This document shows, in pieces, positions 25,085 through 37,575 of a stretch of 64,000 bases of DNA; positions within the stretch are counted from its first letter, which is position 1; each line of letters starts with the position of its first letter. The notes under the pieces were generated by a model. It saw only the letters and a list, made by a program, of their open reading frames with translations, was not told the DNA's origin and searched no databases. The position numbers and the translations under genes were made by a program. The stretch covers positions 225,783 to 289,782 of the forward strand of contig JAPDFW010000090.1 of NCBI GenBank assembly GCA_028826165.1, in the 5' to 3' direction. This DNA comes from Anaeramoeba ignava BMAN (Eukaryota; Protista; Anaeramoebae).

Positions 25085-26302
25085 ATGAACATAAATTTCA
25101 TTTCTAAATTTAATTTTGGAGATTTTTCAATTGATGAAGATACTCAACCAATAATTATAGATAGTGGAGGAGATACAATAAAAGCAGGATTTGGAGGAGA
25201 AGATTTCCCAAGAATAATTTTCCCAACAGTAATAGGAAGAGAACGAAGTGGATCACCTTTTGCCTATCTCAGTCTTCAGTGGAAAGGTTCACCTATAACT
25301 TGGTGTGTTGGAGAGGAAATAAAATCCTATATTGGTAAAATAAGATTGATATATCCAATACAAAATGGAATAATAACAAATTGGGATGATATGGAAAAAA
25401 TTTGGAATCATATCTTTTATAATGAATTAAGAGTTGCTCCTGAAGAACATCCTGTTTTATTAACTGAAAATCCTTTGAATCCAAAAATAAATCGAGAGAA
25501 AATTATTCAAATCATGTTTGAAACATTTAGTGTTCCATATTTTTATCTCGCAAATCAATCAGTTCTATCTCTTTATCAATCAGCAAAAACATCAGGAATT
25601 GTTATTGAAATTGGTCATAGTGCTTCTTATGTTGTTCCTGTTTATGAAAATTTTGCTTTAAATCATTTTGTTACAAAATCAAATTTATCTGGAAAAAATA
25701 TAAATGAATATCTAATAAAAATGTTAAATGAAAAAGGTTATTCATTTTCATCATATAATCAAAGAGAAATTATTAAGGATATTAAAGAAAAAATTTGTTA
25801 TGTTGCTTTTGATTTTGATGAAGAAATTGAAATTTCAAATCAAAAAAAATCTTTTTTTCAAAAAGATTATGAAGTGAATGATGAAAACTTTTTTCAAATG
25901 TATGATAAAAAAGTTATTGAAATCGGAAATGAAAGATTTAAATGTAGTGAATGTTTATTCAAACCTTCTCTAATTGAAAGTGATGAGAAAGGAATTCATA
26001 ACATGATATATGATTCAATTATGAAATGTAATCAAGAAATCCAAAAAGATTTATTACAAAATATTGTTTTATCAGGAGGAACAACAATGATTCAAGGAAT
26101 TGAAGAAAGAATACACAAAGAAATCAATAAATTATTACCTTTTGATACAAATTTGGAAATTATTTCATCTCCTGAAAGACAATATTCAAGTTGGATTGGA
26201 GGATCAATTTTATCAACATTTCCTAATTTCGAAACAAATTGTATTTCACAAGAAGAATACGATGAAATTGGACCTATAATGGTTAATAGGAAATGTTTTT
26301 GA
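25085..26302 (+). CDS. Divergent actin / actin-like protein, copy B (405 aa)
   Basis: Tandem paralogue of copy A with the same core motifs; ends RKCF. Confidence 0.95.
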   Translation: MNINFISKFNFGDFSIDEDTQPIIIDSGGDTIKAGFGGEDFPRIIFPTVIGRERSGSPFAYLSLQWKGSPITWCVGEEIKSYIGKIRLIYPIQNGIITNWDDMEKIWNHIFYNELRVAPEEHPVLLTENPLNPKINREKIIQIMFETFSVPYFYLANQSVLSLYQSAKTSGIVIEIGHSASYVVPVYENFALNHFVTKSNLSGKNINEYLIKMLNEKGYSFSSYNQREIIKDIKEKICYVAFDFDEEIEISNQKKSFFQKDYEVNDENFFQMYDKKVIEIGNERFKCSECLFKPSLIESDEKGIHNMIYDSIMKCNQEIQKDLLQNIVLSGGTTMIQGIEERIHKEINKLLPFDTNLEIISSPERQYSSWIGGSILSTFPNFETNCISQEEYDEIGPIMVNRKCF

Positions 26303-26358
26303 AATTGAGAAAATATTTTTTCAAATTTTTTTTTTTCATTTTTTTTTATTCATTTTAA

Positions 26359-27237
26359 ATGGATCAAAATAAAAAATTAACAGTTGGAATAATTCAATCA
26401 AAAGTAACACAAAACAAACAGGAAAATATTGAAACAATGAAAAAAACAATGGGAGAATTTATTGAGAAATACCCAAAAACAGAACTTTTAGTGTTAGGAG
26501 AATGTTGGGGGACACCCTATAATACAAAAAAATTCAAACAATATTCAGAAAACATTGAAAAGCAAAAAAGTCCATCAGTTAAAATGTTAAGTGAATTTGC
26601 AAAAAATCACGAAATTTATATAATTGGAGGAACCATTATTGAGAAAGTGAAAGAAGAAAACGAAACAAAATTATATAACACTTGCTGTGTATTTGATAGT
26701 AAAGGAGAGTTGATTGGAAAATATCGAAAAATTCACCTTTTCAATATTGATATTCCAAATAAGATCACATTTAAAGAAAGTGAGACATTAAGTGCAGGCA
26801 AAAAAACTTTTGCTTTTTCAATGAAAAATGGGAATTTCAAAATTGGAATAGGAATTTGCTTTGATATGAGATTTCCCGAATTGACTGCTCTTTATAGTCA
26901 TATTCACAATATAAATTTGATGGTTTATCCGGGGGCATTTAATATGACAACTGGGGTTCACTGGGGATTGTATGGAAAAGTTAGAGCTTTGGATACACAA
27001 TCTTATGTTATTCTTGCTTCTCCTGCTAGAGATGAAAATTCTCCAGATTATGTTGCTTGGGGGCATAGTTCCATTTTTGATCCTTTTGCCTCAATTGTTT
27101 CTGAATTGGATCATAATCCTGGTTTTATTTCTTATACTTTGGATTTGGATGTTATTCTTCAAACAAGACAACAAATTCCTGTTTTGAAAGGAAAACGTTT
27201 CGATTTTTATGATGTTTCTGAACTTAAAAAAGACTAA
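26359..27237 (+). CDS. NIT2: Carbon-nitrogen hydrolase, omega-amidase NIT2/Nit3-like (292 aa)
   Basis: Catalytic triad E (LVLGECW), K (YRKIHLFNIDIPNKITFKESETLSAG) and C (GICFDMRFPEL); also YPGAFNMTTG and YVAWGHS. Confidence 0.88.
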   Translation: MDQNKKLTVGIIQSKVTQNKQENIETMKKTMGEFIEKYPKTELLVLGECWGTPYNTKKFKQYSENIEKQKSPSVKMLSEFAKNHEIYIIGGTIIEKVKEENETKLYNTCCVFDSKGELIGKYRKIHLFNIDIPNKITFKESETLSAGKKTFAFSMKNGNFKIGIGICFDMRFPELTALYSHIHNINLMVYPGAFNMTTGVHWGLYGKVRALDTQSYVILASPARDENSPDYVAWGHSSIFDPFASIVSELDHNPGFISYTLDLDVILQTRQQIPVLKGKRFDFYDVSELKKD

Positions 27238-27368
27238 TTTTCCTTTTTTTTAAATCAAAATCAAAATCAAAATAAAAATAAAAATAAAAATAAATAAAAA
27301 TTAAAATAAAAAGAGAATTTGAATATGAATTTTATTTTTCATTTTTTTCCTTTTTTTATATTTTTTCA

Positions 27369-30300
27369 ATGAGCCAAATTCAAAAAGAAAAAGAAAAAAA
27401 AACCAATTCAAACACAGAAACAATAAAGCAAAATGAAAATAAAAATCAAAAAGAAAAAGAAAAAGAAACCAATTCAAACACAGAAACAATAAAGCAAAAT
27501 CAAAATAAAAATCAAAAAGAAAAAGAAAAAGAAACCAATTCAAACACAGAAACAATAAAACAAAATGAAAATAAAAACCAAAAAGAAAAAGAAAAAGAAA
27601 CCAATTCAAACACAGAAACAATAAAACAAAATGGAAATAAAAATCAAAAAGAAAAAGAAAAAAAAACCAATTCAAACACAGAAACAATAAAACAAAATAA
27701 AAGCCAAAATCAAATTGAAAAAGAAAAAGAAACCAATTCAAACACAGAAAAAATAAACCAAAAAGAAAATAAAAACCAAAAAGAAAAAGAAAAAGAAACC
27801 AATTCAAACACAGAAACAATAAATCAAAATGAAATTCAAAATCAAAATCAAAAAGAAAAAAAAACCAATTCAAACACAGAAACAATAAAACAAAATGGAA
27901 ATAAAAATCAAATTGAAAAAGAAAAAAAAACCAATTCAAACACAGAAACAATAAAACAAAATAAAAGCCAAAATCAAATTGAAAAAGAAAAAAAAACCAA
28001 TTCAAACACAGAAACAATAAATCAAAATAAAATTCAAAATCAAAATCAAAAAGAAAAAAAAACCAATTCAAACACAGAAACAATAAATCAAAATCAAAAT
28101 CAAAATCAAATTGAAAAAGAAAAAAAAACCAATTCAAACACAGAAAAAATAACGCAAAATGGAAATGAAAATGAAAATCAAATTGAAAAACAAAATGAAA
28201 TTGAAAATCAAAATGAAATTGAAAATCAAAATCAAAATCAAAATCAAATTGAAAATGAAATTGAAAATGAAAATCAAAATCAAAATCAAATTGAAAATGA
28301 AAATGAAAATGAAAATCAAATTGAAAATGAAAATGAAATTGAAAATGAAAATGAAAAACAAAATGAAAATCAAAATCAAATTGAAAATGAAAATGAAAAT
28401 CAAAATCAAATTGAAAATGAAAATCAAATTGAAATTGAAAATCAAAATCAAAATCAAATTGAAATTGAAAATGAAAATGAAAATGAAATTGAAATTGAAA
28501 ATGAAAATGAAATTGAAATTGAAAATGAAAATGAAAATCAAAATCAAAATCAAAATCAAAATCAAAATCAAAATCAAATTGAAAATGAAAATGAAAATCA
28601 AAATGAAAATCAAAATGAAAATCAAAATCAAATTGAAAATCAAAATCAAAATCAAAATCAAATTCAAAATGAAATTGAAATTGAAAATGAAATTGAAAAT
28701 CGAATTGAAAATGAAAATCAAATTGAAAATGAAATTGAAAATCAAATTGAAAATGAAAAACAAAATGAAATTGAAAATGAAAATGAAAATGAAATTGAAA
28801 ATCAAAATGAAAATGAAAATCAAATTCAAAATCAAATTCAAAAAATAAATTTCGATAAAAAAATGGAACAAAATTTTTTTTCAAGTTTTTCAAAAGGAAA
28901 TGAACTTTATGAAAAATGGATTAAATTAGAATCACAACACATTTTAAAAGTAAAAAAAAAATCAAAATCAAAAAAAAAATAATCAAAATAAAAATAATCA
29001 AAACAAAATTTATTCAAAAAGAGAAAAAGTAAAGATTTTGTTGAATTTTGTTTATTATTTCAAGAATCATTTCAAAATTGGACTCCAAATGAAAATGAAA
29101 ATGAAAAAGAAAAAGAAAAAAAGATCCAAATGAATGATTTTGATAAAGCAATTTCTCAAAAACAAGCACATCCAGGAAGATTAATTAATTTCATTTTCAA
29201 TCATTTACTTTATTCACAACTTAGTCTCAATGGTTCGTTTTTGATTGCTTATTCTAAAATGAAAACACATATTTAAATTTGAATTCAAAAAAAAAAATAG
29301 ATTTCATTCAAAATCAAAATCAAGATGAAAATGAAATAAATCCTCACAAAAATTTGATTTCTTTATCTATCATTTTAACTCTTTCAAAATCAAAATATAA
29401 TCAAAACTATTTAAATCAAATTGGAATTTTTAACAAATTTTTTGATTTATTGGAAACTTCACAATCTCTTTTTTATTTCATGAAACAAATAAGAGTAGAT
29501 CACAAAACCCAAAATTTTTTTATCAAAAAAAGTTTACCAATTTAATTTTAAATTCATTTTTAAAAAAATCAAAAGGAAAAAAATCCCCAACTTTCAATTT
29601 ATTATTTAATTGAAACTCAATTTATTATTTCACAAATCATTCAAGTTTTGAAACAATTTTTACGAACAAAATGTGCTGATATAATTCAAGATATTTTCGA
29701 CTCGATCAAGCAATCCAAAATAATTTCTTCATTAATAAGTAAATATTTCAGAAATTTTTAATTGGAAAAGATTCTAATTTAAAAAAAAAAAATAGAATGG
29801 TTGTCAAAGATTTTAGAATTTAGAAAGGAATTCCTTTTTCCACAAAAACAATATGATATCCTATTAGAAATTTTGGGAGTTATTGAAACATGTTATGGTT
29901 TGAAATTATTAACTGAAGAAGAAAAAATTGAACTTATTCCAATTCTGTTAACTTTTTTTCAAGTTCCCCATTTATCCAATCTTACAATTATTGGAATTGA
30001 AATTGAAATTGAAATTGAACAACTCCCTGATTTTTTTGAAACAAATTTTTTTGTTTTTAATCCCAAAATCAGCAAAAAAGAAAATCCAAATCTTTTAGAT
30101 AATTCAAAATTCAAGGAAATTCCTCATATTTTAGAAATTCAAAATCTTTTGAATTTTTTTCCATTTCTCTGTTCATTTATTGAAAAGGAAAATCTTATTG
30201 ACGAATTTACTAATAACAATTATATTTCTACACTTACAGATTTTATTCTTTGGATTTCTTTTTCTTCCAAAACAAAAAATTCAAAGGAATTTTGGAAATT

Positions 30301-33300
30301 AATCAAATCAAAATCAAATTCAAATTCAAATCCAAATCTAACTCCAAATCCGAAAAAAATGGAACAAAGAAAAATCTCAGATATTAAGCTATATAATCCT
30401 TTTTTGGATACAATTTTCGATCATCTAAGATTTTTTCAAAAAATCCAAAAACCAACCAAAACTCAATCATCAAACTCAAGAATCAGAAACAAAATGAAGG
30501 AATTTACAAATCAAATCAATCCGAAAGTTAATAATTTTACAGAAAGATTAATTTTGATATACCTTAATTTGTTTAAAACAGAAAAAAATTCTGATTCTGA
30601 TTCTCAAGTACAATTACAATTACATAACCACTTATCAAAAGAGCAAATCATTAAAATTCAACAATATAACAAAATTTATCCAGAGCTTCAAATGTATATT
30701 TTATTTGAATTAAAAAAAATGATAATTCCAGAAAATGGTGATAAAATTGCCGAATTTTTTAAAAAAAATAATGGATGGAAAGTTTGTTTCTCAGATTATT
30801 TTATCACAAAAAATATAATCGAAAACAATGTAAATATCTATTTTTTTTTCTTTTTCATTTCAATTAATTTTCAAATTTTTTCGTCATTTGTGATTAGATT
30901 GAATTAGAAGAAATGCATTTCAATTTAAAAACATTATTAATTAATTTTATTCACCATATTTTTATCCAATTTCAAGCTTATTCTGATTATAAGGCTTTAT
31001 TTAATCAAGTTTTGAAAAATCCAAAAATTATTTCAAATTCTTTTTTATTAAATCCTTTGTTAAACAGTATAATCCAAATTATGCAAACTAATCTAAAGAT
31101 GATCTCAAACCAAATTATGGAAGAAAATGGTTTTCAGACAATCCAAGAAAATTTATCCGAATTATATAAAAAAAATGAAAACGAAAACGAAAATGAAAAC
31201 GAAAATCAAATTGAAAGCACAAAGGCATTGTATTTCGAAATTTTGTCTTTAGCACTTGAAAATGGGTCTCTGGAAATTATTTTCAAGCATACAGAAATTA
31301 TCAAAATTTTGATTGAATCAATTCATTTGGATTTTATCCAAAAAATTTCATTAATTCATATTCCAAAATTTCTTGGAAATCTAAAAAATTACCAAAGAAA
31401 TGAGGAACAACAATTTATCTCTTATTTAATTATTCAACTATTAATAAATCAGAAAGAAAATGAGATTTTTACCAATAAACTTTTTGAAGAATGCTTCAAA
31501 TCAATTTCGGAAAATCTCCCAATTATTCAAGAAATATTTCTTGAACTCAATTTTTTGGGCATTTTATCATCATTTTTTGAAGACAAATCCAAAAATCCAT
31601 ACTTATCATTAAAAATGATAAGAGAAGTTATTCGAAACAATGAAAATATGATGATAAAATTTCAAGAGCTAATTCCAGTAAAAAAATTCATTTCAATAAT
31701 TAATGAATATGAAAAAAGAAAACCAGGAAAAGAAACACTTGAAATTCTTTTAGATTTGATGGTCAATAATGGCAAATTTTCAATAGAAAATAATTTTGTT
31801 ATCAGAAATCCAAATATGATCAATATTATTTTGCAACTTTATTTACAAAATATTGAAAATGAAAATGAAAATGAAAATTTTTTTATTGAAGTTTTGGAAA
31901 TATTTGAGCGAATATGTCAAAAATCAAAAGATAATATGTATTATTGTTGTGAAAAAGGATTCATTTCATTTTTACTTGAATTAATTCCCAAAATCAAAAA
32001 TATCCAAGTATTCGAAGAAATTATTGAAATTTTTGGGAAATTTGCAAAATTTCACATTACTGTTTCTGAAATGAAGCAATACCTTACAATAATAAAAAAT
32101 CAACTCAATCAATTACACCAAAATAAAAATTACAATCCAGAATTTATAATCAAAATGATGAATGAACTCAGAAAAATGAACACAAAAGAAGAAAACGAAA
32201 TTCAAACAAGTTTTGTTGAAGAAACATCCAAAATAGTACAATATAAAGAATTTAAATTAACAAATATTCAAGATATCATTAAATTTTCAGGAGGTGCCAA
32301 AATATTTTTTTATTTACTTTTGGAAATTGATGAATTATTTCAACAAAAAGAAAATGGAGATTCAGATTCAAAATTCATTTTTCAAGAAATTTTATCAATA
32401 ATTGGAGAGTGCGTATTAATTAATCTGGAATCTGAAAAAGAAAGGATCCAAAACGAGGGATTTGAGATATTTAATATCTTGCTTCAAAACATCCATCCAA
32501 AATACTTTTCCGAAAAAATTTATGATATGACAAAAGGATTTACAAAATCAATGAAAAATGAAAATTTTCAAATAAAACTCAAACAATATCTAATTTTTGA
32601 TTATAAGATATGGAAAAAGTACAATCCAAAAATTCAAAAGGAATTAATTGAAAACATTTATAGTTGTGTTCAAAATCAACAAAACGAACCAAAATCCAAA
32701 GAATACAATCCATCAAATATTACAATTTTTGATTTATTAAAATTCCTATATTTTTTTGATGAATCTTTCAATGAAAATGAAGATGAAAATGAAGAAATGA
32801 TTGAAATGAGCAAAAAAATATTTTTAATGATTTCTGTCATTTTGGAAAATCTTGAGTTTCAAAAACAAAAGGCATTGATTCATCATTTGATCAAAAGATG
32901 CTTTATTTTCAAAGCCCAATATTTTATTGAAAAAATACTTGAAACAATCAATAATTATACTTCATGCAATTTATTAACCAATTCATCAACACTTTGGAAG
33001 CAGTTATTTTCAAAAGAATTATTTTATCCATTTATCCAAGTAATGAAAGAAAGCAAAGGAAACACAAAAATCATTGAATTAAGTTTGGAAATTATTTATT
33101 TTATGGACTTCTCTCTTAAAGGACATGAGGAAATATTTCAAATTTTTGAAAAAAAGGAAATATTAATCGAAAGATTTCAAGACATTTATTGTTTAATACA
33201 TCAAATAATAATTCAAAATATCAATAATATTACAGAAAAAACAAGTAATATTCTTTTCAACATGATTTATGATAAGGATTGTGATTGTGGAGAGAATATT

Positions 33301-36300
33301 ATTCGAAACGTATTTGTTTTAGAAACTATTTGTGTGATATCCAAACAAAAACCACAATTAATTAATATCCAACAATTAGACCAATTATGTGGAATCATTG
33401 AACAAAATAATTCCACTAAAGAAAAAATTCTTTCAGAAAATGGATGGCAAAAATGGATAATTTCTTTAATTAATTTAAATTATTTCCAAAATCGACAGCA
33501 AATACAAAACGAAAAAGAGAAGGAAATTAATATAATTGGAGATAGAATTTTGAAAAATTTGTTTGGATATTGCTTCCAAAATCCAAAGTATAATTTCTTA
33601 CACATATTTAAAGAATTTATTTCAACCATCCAAATAATTGATCAAAAATGCAAAAAGCCAATACCCAAAATAACTCAAAAAATAATCAATGATTTAATGG
33701 AAGAAATTATTCGAATTACCCAAAAGGAAAATAATAATAATCAAATGATCAAACAAAATCAAATCGAAAATAAACTATTTTATTTATTTGATTTATTGGC
33801 ACAAATTTCATTTAATTTAAACAAAGATGAATTCAAACTAGTCACAACAGAAAAATCCAACAGAAACAAAAGACAAATCCTAAAAGAAAAACGCAATCGT
33901 AATAAATTAAAAAAAAAACAAATTAACAACAATCTTTTAGAACACTTTACAAAAGAAATTATCCCAAAATTTCTTCAATTATCTGAAAATTTCGGGTTGA
34001 TCAGAAAAATCACAATGGAATCCAAAAAAAAAAAAGAAAAAACTCCCATTTGCAAAAATATTTTGGTAATTCTTTTCTGCATTCCAAAATCAAATGATCA
34101 AACAACAAATTTTATTCTTTCGAAATTGAGAGAAATCATGAAAGGAGAATCGAGCAAGGAACAAGTCTTACCGCAATATTTAAACGAATTTCTTAAAATT
34201 TGTTTTTCATTTTTATTCTATTATATTCATAGCTACAACGAAAAAGAAAAGGAAAATAATCCAAAAAATTCTTTACTAGTTAATTTCCAAATGATAATCG
34301 GAGATCATTACCAATTTTTATATGATTTATTTTCAAAACATAACCCAAAGCAAAAATTAATTCAAACAAAGCAAAAATTAATTCAAACAAAGCAAAAAGA
34401 ATCATTTATTTTCAAAGAAGATATTCAAAAATTTAAAGACCAAATAATGAAAGAAAAATGGAAGCAAATTACAAATAAAATTTTCTCTCCAATAATTCAA
34501 CAAATTATCGATGAACTTAAAGAAAACCAAAAAGAATTTATACAAATGAAAATCCAAACCAAAAAATCCAACACATATAGAAATCAAATGAATGAAAAAT
34601 TAAAACAAAATGAAAATCACTTCCAAAAAATTGAAAAAAAAATTGAAAACAATAAACAAAAAGAAAAAGGAAAGAAAGCGTTTATAAATCAAATAAAAAG
34701 ACAAAAAGCAAGAATCAATTTGGAAAAAATGAAAAAAATGATTACCAATTCAATATTAGGAAAATATCCATGGGATTCAAGTCCTACAAGTATATCAGAT
34801 TCCGAATTTAAAAAAATGAATTTTTATATTCAACTTTCAGAAAAAGAAGACGATATGAGAAGACAAAAAAAATTAAAATTTTTTTCCAACGAAATCCAAA
34901 ATCTACAAAGACAAAATTTGGGTAAATTAAATGAGCATGTGAAAAACAAAATTATCAAAATCACAAATGAATTATCAATTCAACACCAAGAAAATTTCAA
35001 AAATCAAAATCAAATTCAAAACAATTTCAACAAAATACTATTTTCAACAGCATGCGAAATGATCTCCAGAAACAGAAGAATAGAAGGAATATTTGAAATT
35101 ACAAAAAATTCAATTAATTTTTTTGCAAAATCTGATTTAAATGGAAATGAAAAAGATTATACATGGAAAATAAAAATGATTTCAGCCATCTTGAAAAGAA
35201 AATACTCTTCACAGCAAACTGCAATCGAAGTATTTTTTGAAAATAGTCGAAAATATACGTTTTTCAATTTCAAAACAATGGAGGAAAGAGATGAAATTTA
35301 TGAAAAAATTCCAAAGTACAAATTAACAAATATTGGAAAAACTACAAAATATAATTATTTGGGAAATGAAATTACAAGCATAACAGATCAATGGAAAGAA
35401 AGAAAAATAACTAATTTTGAATATATCATGTATTTAAATACAATGGCAGGAAGAACTTATCAAGATCTTGCGCAATATCCAATTTTCCCATGGATCATTT
35501 CAGATTATGAATCAGATTCAATAGATATTAATGATCCAAAAATATTTCGAGATTTATCAAAAACTCTCAAGGAATTAAATACCCAAAAAAGATATATTAC
35601 GATTGAAAAGTTCAAAGAAAAAGGAAAGAGAGAAAGAAAAGAGATTGAATACCCAAAATATTTTTTAAATTCAGAAATTGTTTCATCCTATTTAATTCGA
35701 TTAGAGCCTTTTACAAGTATCTGTGTTCAAGAAAAATTTGCGATATTCCAATCAATTCCACAAACATGGAAAATAATCAATCAAGCAAATCATGGCCAAC
35801 TTAATAATGAGAAATATAGATTTATGGGAGAACTTATCCCAGAATTTTATCATTTACCCGATTTTTTAAGAAAACCCAATATATTTAAAGATTATTCTAA
35901 TTCAAAAAGAAATCAAATATTAAAAGAAATTACAGATGTCGAACTTCCAAATTGGGCGAAAACAGCAGAGCAATTTATTCAAATCCAAGAAGAGGCGCTC
36001 GAATCAGAATATGTTTCAGAACATCTTAATGAATGGATTGATTTAATATTTGGATATAAACAACCAAAAAAAGATGGATATGAAATCCAAAAAGAAAATC
36101 AAAACAATGGAGAAATTCCTATTCAATTATTTACAAACAAGCATCCAAAAAGACTTTCCAAAACAGAAATTGAAATCAAAAATAAATCATATTTAACATT
36201 TTTTGAATGGAAAAGAAATTTATCAACAAATGAATCAATCTATTTTGTAGATTCCAATTATCAAATAAGTTCAAATCCAATCATATTCACAAAATTTGAA

Positions 36301-37458
36301 AGAAGTTGTAAAAAGGTCCCATTCCAATCACATGATCTAATTATTACAATCGATAAAGAAATAATTATTGGAAAGCATAAACTTCATTTAAGTAAATCCA
36401 AGAACAAAAAACCCAAAATAAGTTTAATGATTGATGAAGAAAAAGCCAAACAAAATCCGAAAGAAAAAATGCCAGAAATTTCATTTCCAGAAAATTCCAA
36501 TAACTTTGCGCAATGCATCAAAAATTATGGAAATTCAAAATGGTTCATTTGTTGTGGATTTAATGATAATAGTTTCAAAATAATTAATATTGAAAAATAT
36601 GAAATAATACAAAGTATTTCAAAACATAAAGATGTTGTGAATTGCTTAGATATCGATTGGAAATATATTGTTACCGGATCAAAAGATACAACAGTAATTA
36701 TTTGGGAAATTTGTTTTAAAGAAAAAGAACGGGAAATCAAAGTGAAAAAAAACCCAAAGCACATTTTTTCAGAAAATGAAGAAGAAGTCAGGAGTGTATT
36801 AATATCAGTTGAATATGATATTGTATTAAGTGGAAGTATTAAAGGGAAATTAAATTTTCATTCATTAAATAAAGGAAAATTCATTCAAACGATAGCTTTA
36901 ACAGAGAATACACCTATTACAAATATCAAAATCACAAATCAAGGAAATATTATTATCTTTTCAGAAAATCCCAACATTTTAAGATTATTTACAATTAATG
37001 GATTTCTAATAAGTAGAGTTGAATGTTCACAAAATATTTATTCCATTTCAGAAAATTCAAATTTTATATTTACAGGAGGTGAAACAGGGATTCTTGAAAT
37101 TCGCAAAATTTTTAATTTAGAAATGATTCAAAAATTTAATTTAAAAGAAAAAATTTCCTCCATTTCAATTATTAAAAAAGGATTTATAATTATTATTGGG
37201 TTAATAAATGGAGAATTAAAAATTGGATATTTTTCCAATTCAAATCAAAATGAAAATCAAAATCAAAATCAAAATCAAAATCAAAATCAAAATCAAAATC
37301 AAAATCAAAATCAAAATCAAAATGAAAATGAAGATGAAAATGAAAATGAAAATCAAAATCAAAATCAAAATCAAAATCAAAATCAAAATCAAAATGAAAA
37401 TCAAAATCAAAATGAAAATCAAAATGAAAATGAAAATCAAAATCAAAATCAAAATTAA
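27369..37458 (+). CDS. BEACH-domain protein: repetitive N-terminus, helical region, PH-BEACH-WD40 (~3200 aa, ~5 introns between 28950 and 30897)
   Basis: WKERKITNFEYIMYLNTMAGRTYQDLAQYPIFPWIISDY, ELIPEFY and EALESEYVSEHLNEWIDLIFGYKQ; WD40 HKDVVNCL...VTGSKDTTVIIW. Upstream ORFs link through GT-AG introns; one donor near 29495-29532 is ambiguous. Confidence 0.88.
27385..28160 (+). repeat. 66-bp coding repeat (22 aa, KEKEKETNSNTETIKQNENKNQ) x12, followed by an NQ/NE/IE hexamer tract to ~28840
   Basis: TNSNTE occurs 12 times in ORF 27369-28982. Confidence 0.9.
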
Positions 37459-37575
37459 AATCAAAACCAAAATAAAATTAAAATCAAAATTAAAATTAAA
37501 ATTAAAATTAAAATCAAAATTAAAAATAAAAAATTAAATTCCAAAAATATTTTTTTCATTTTTTTCTTTTCGAAA

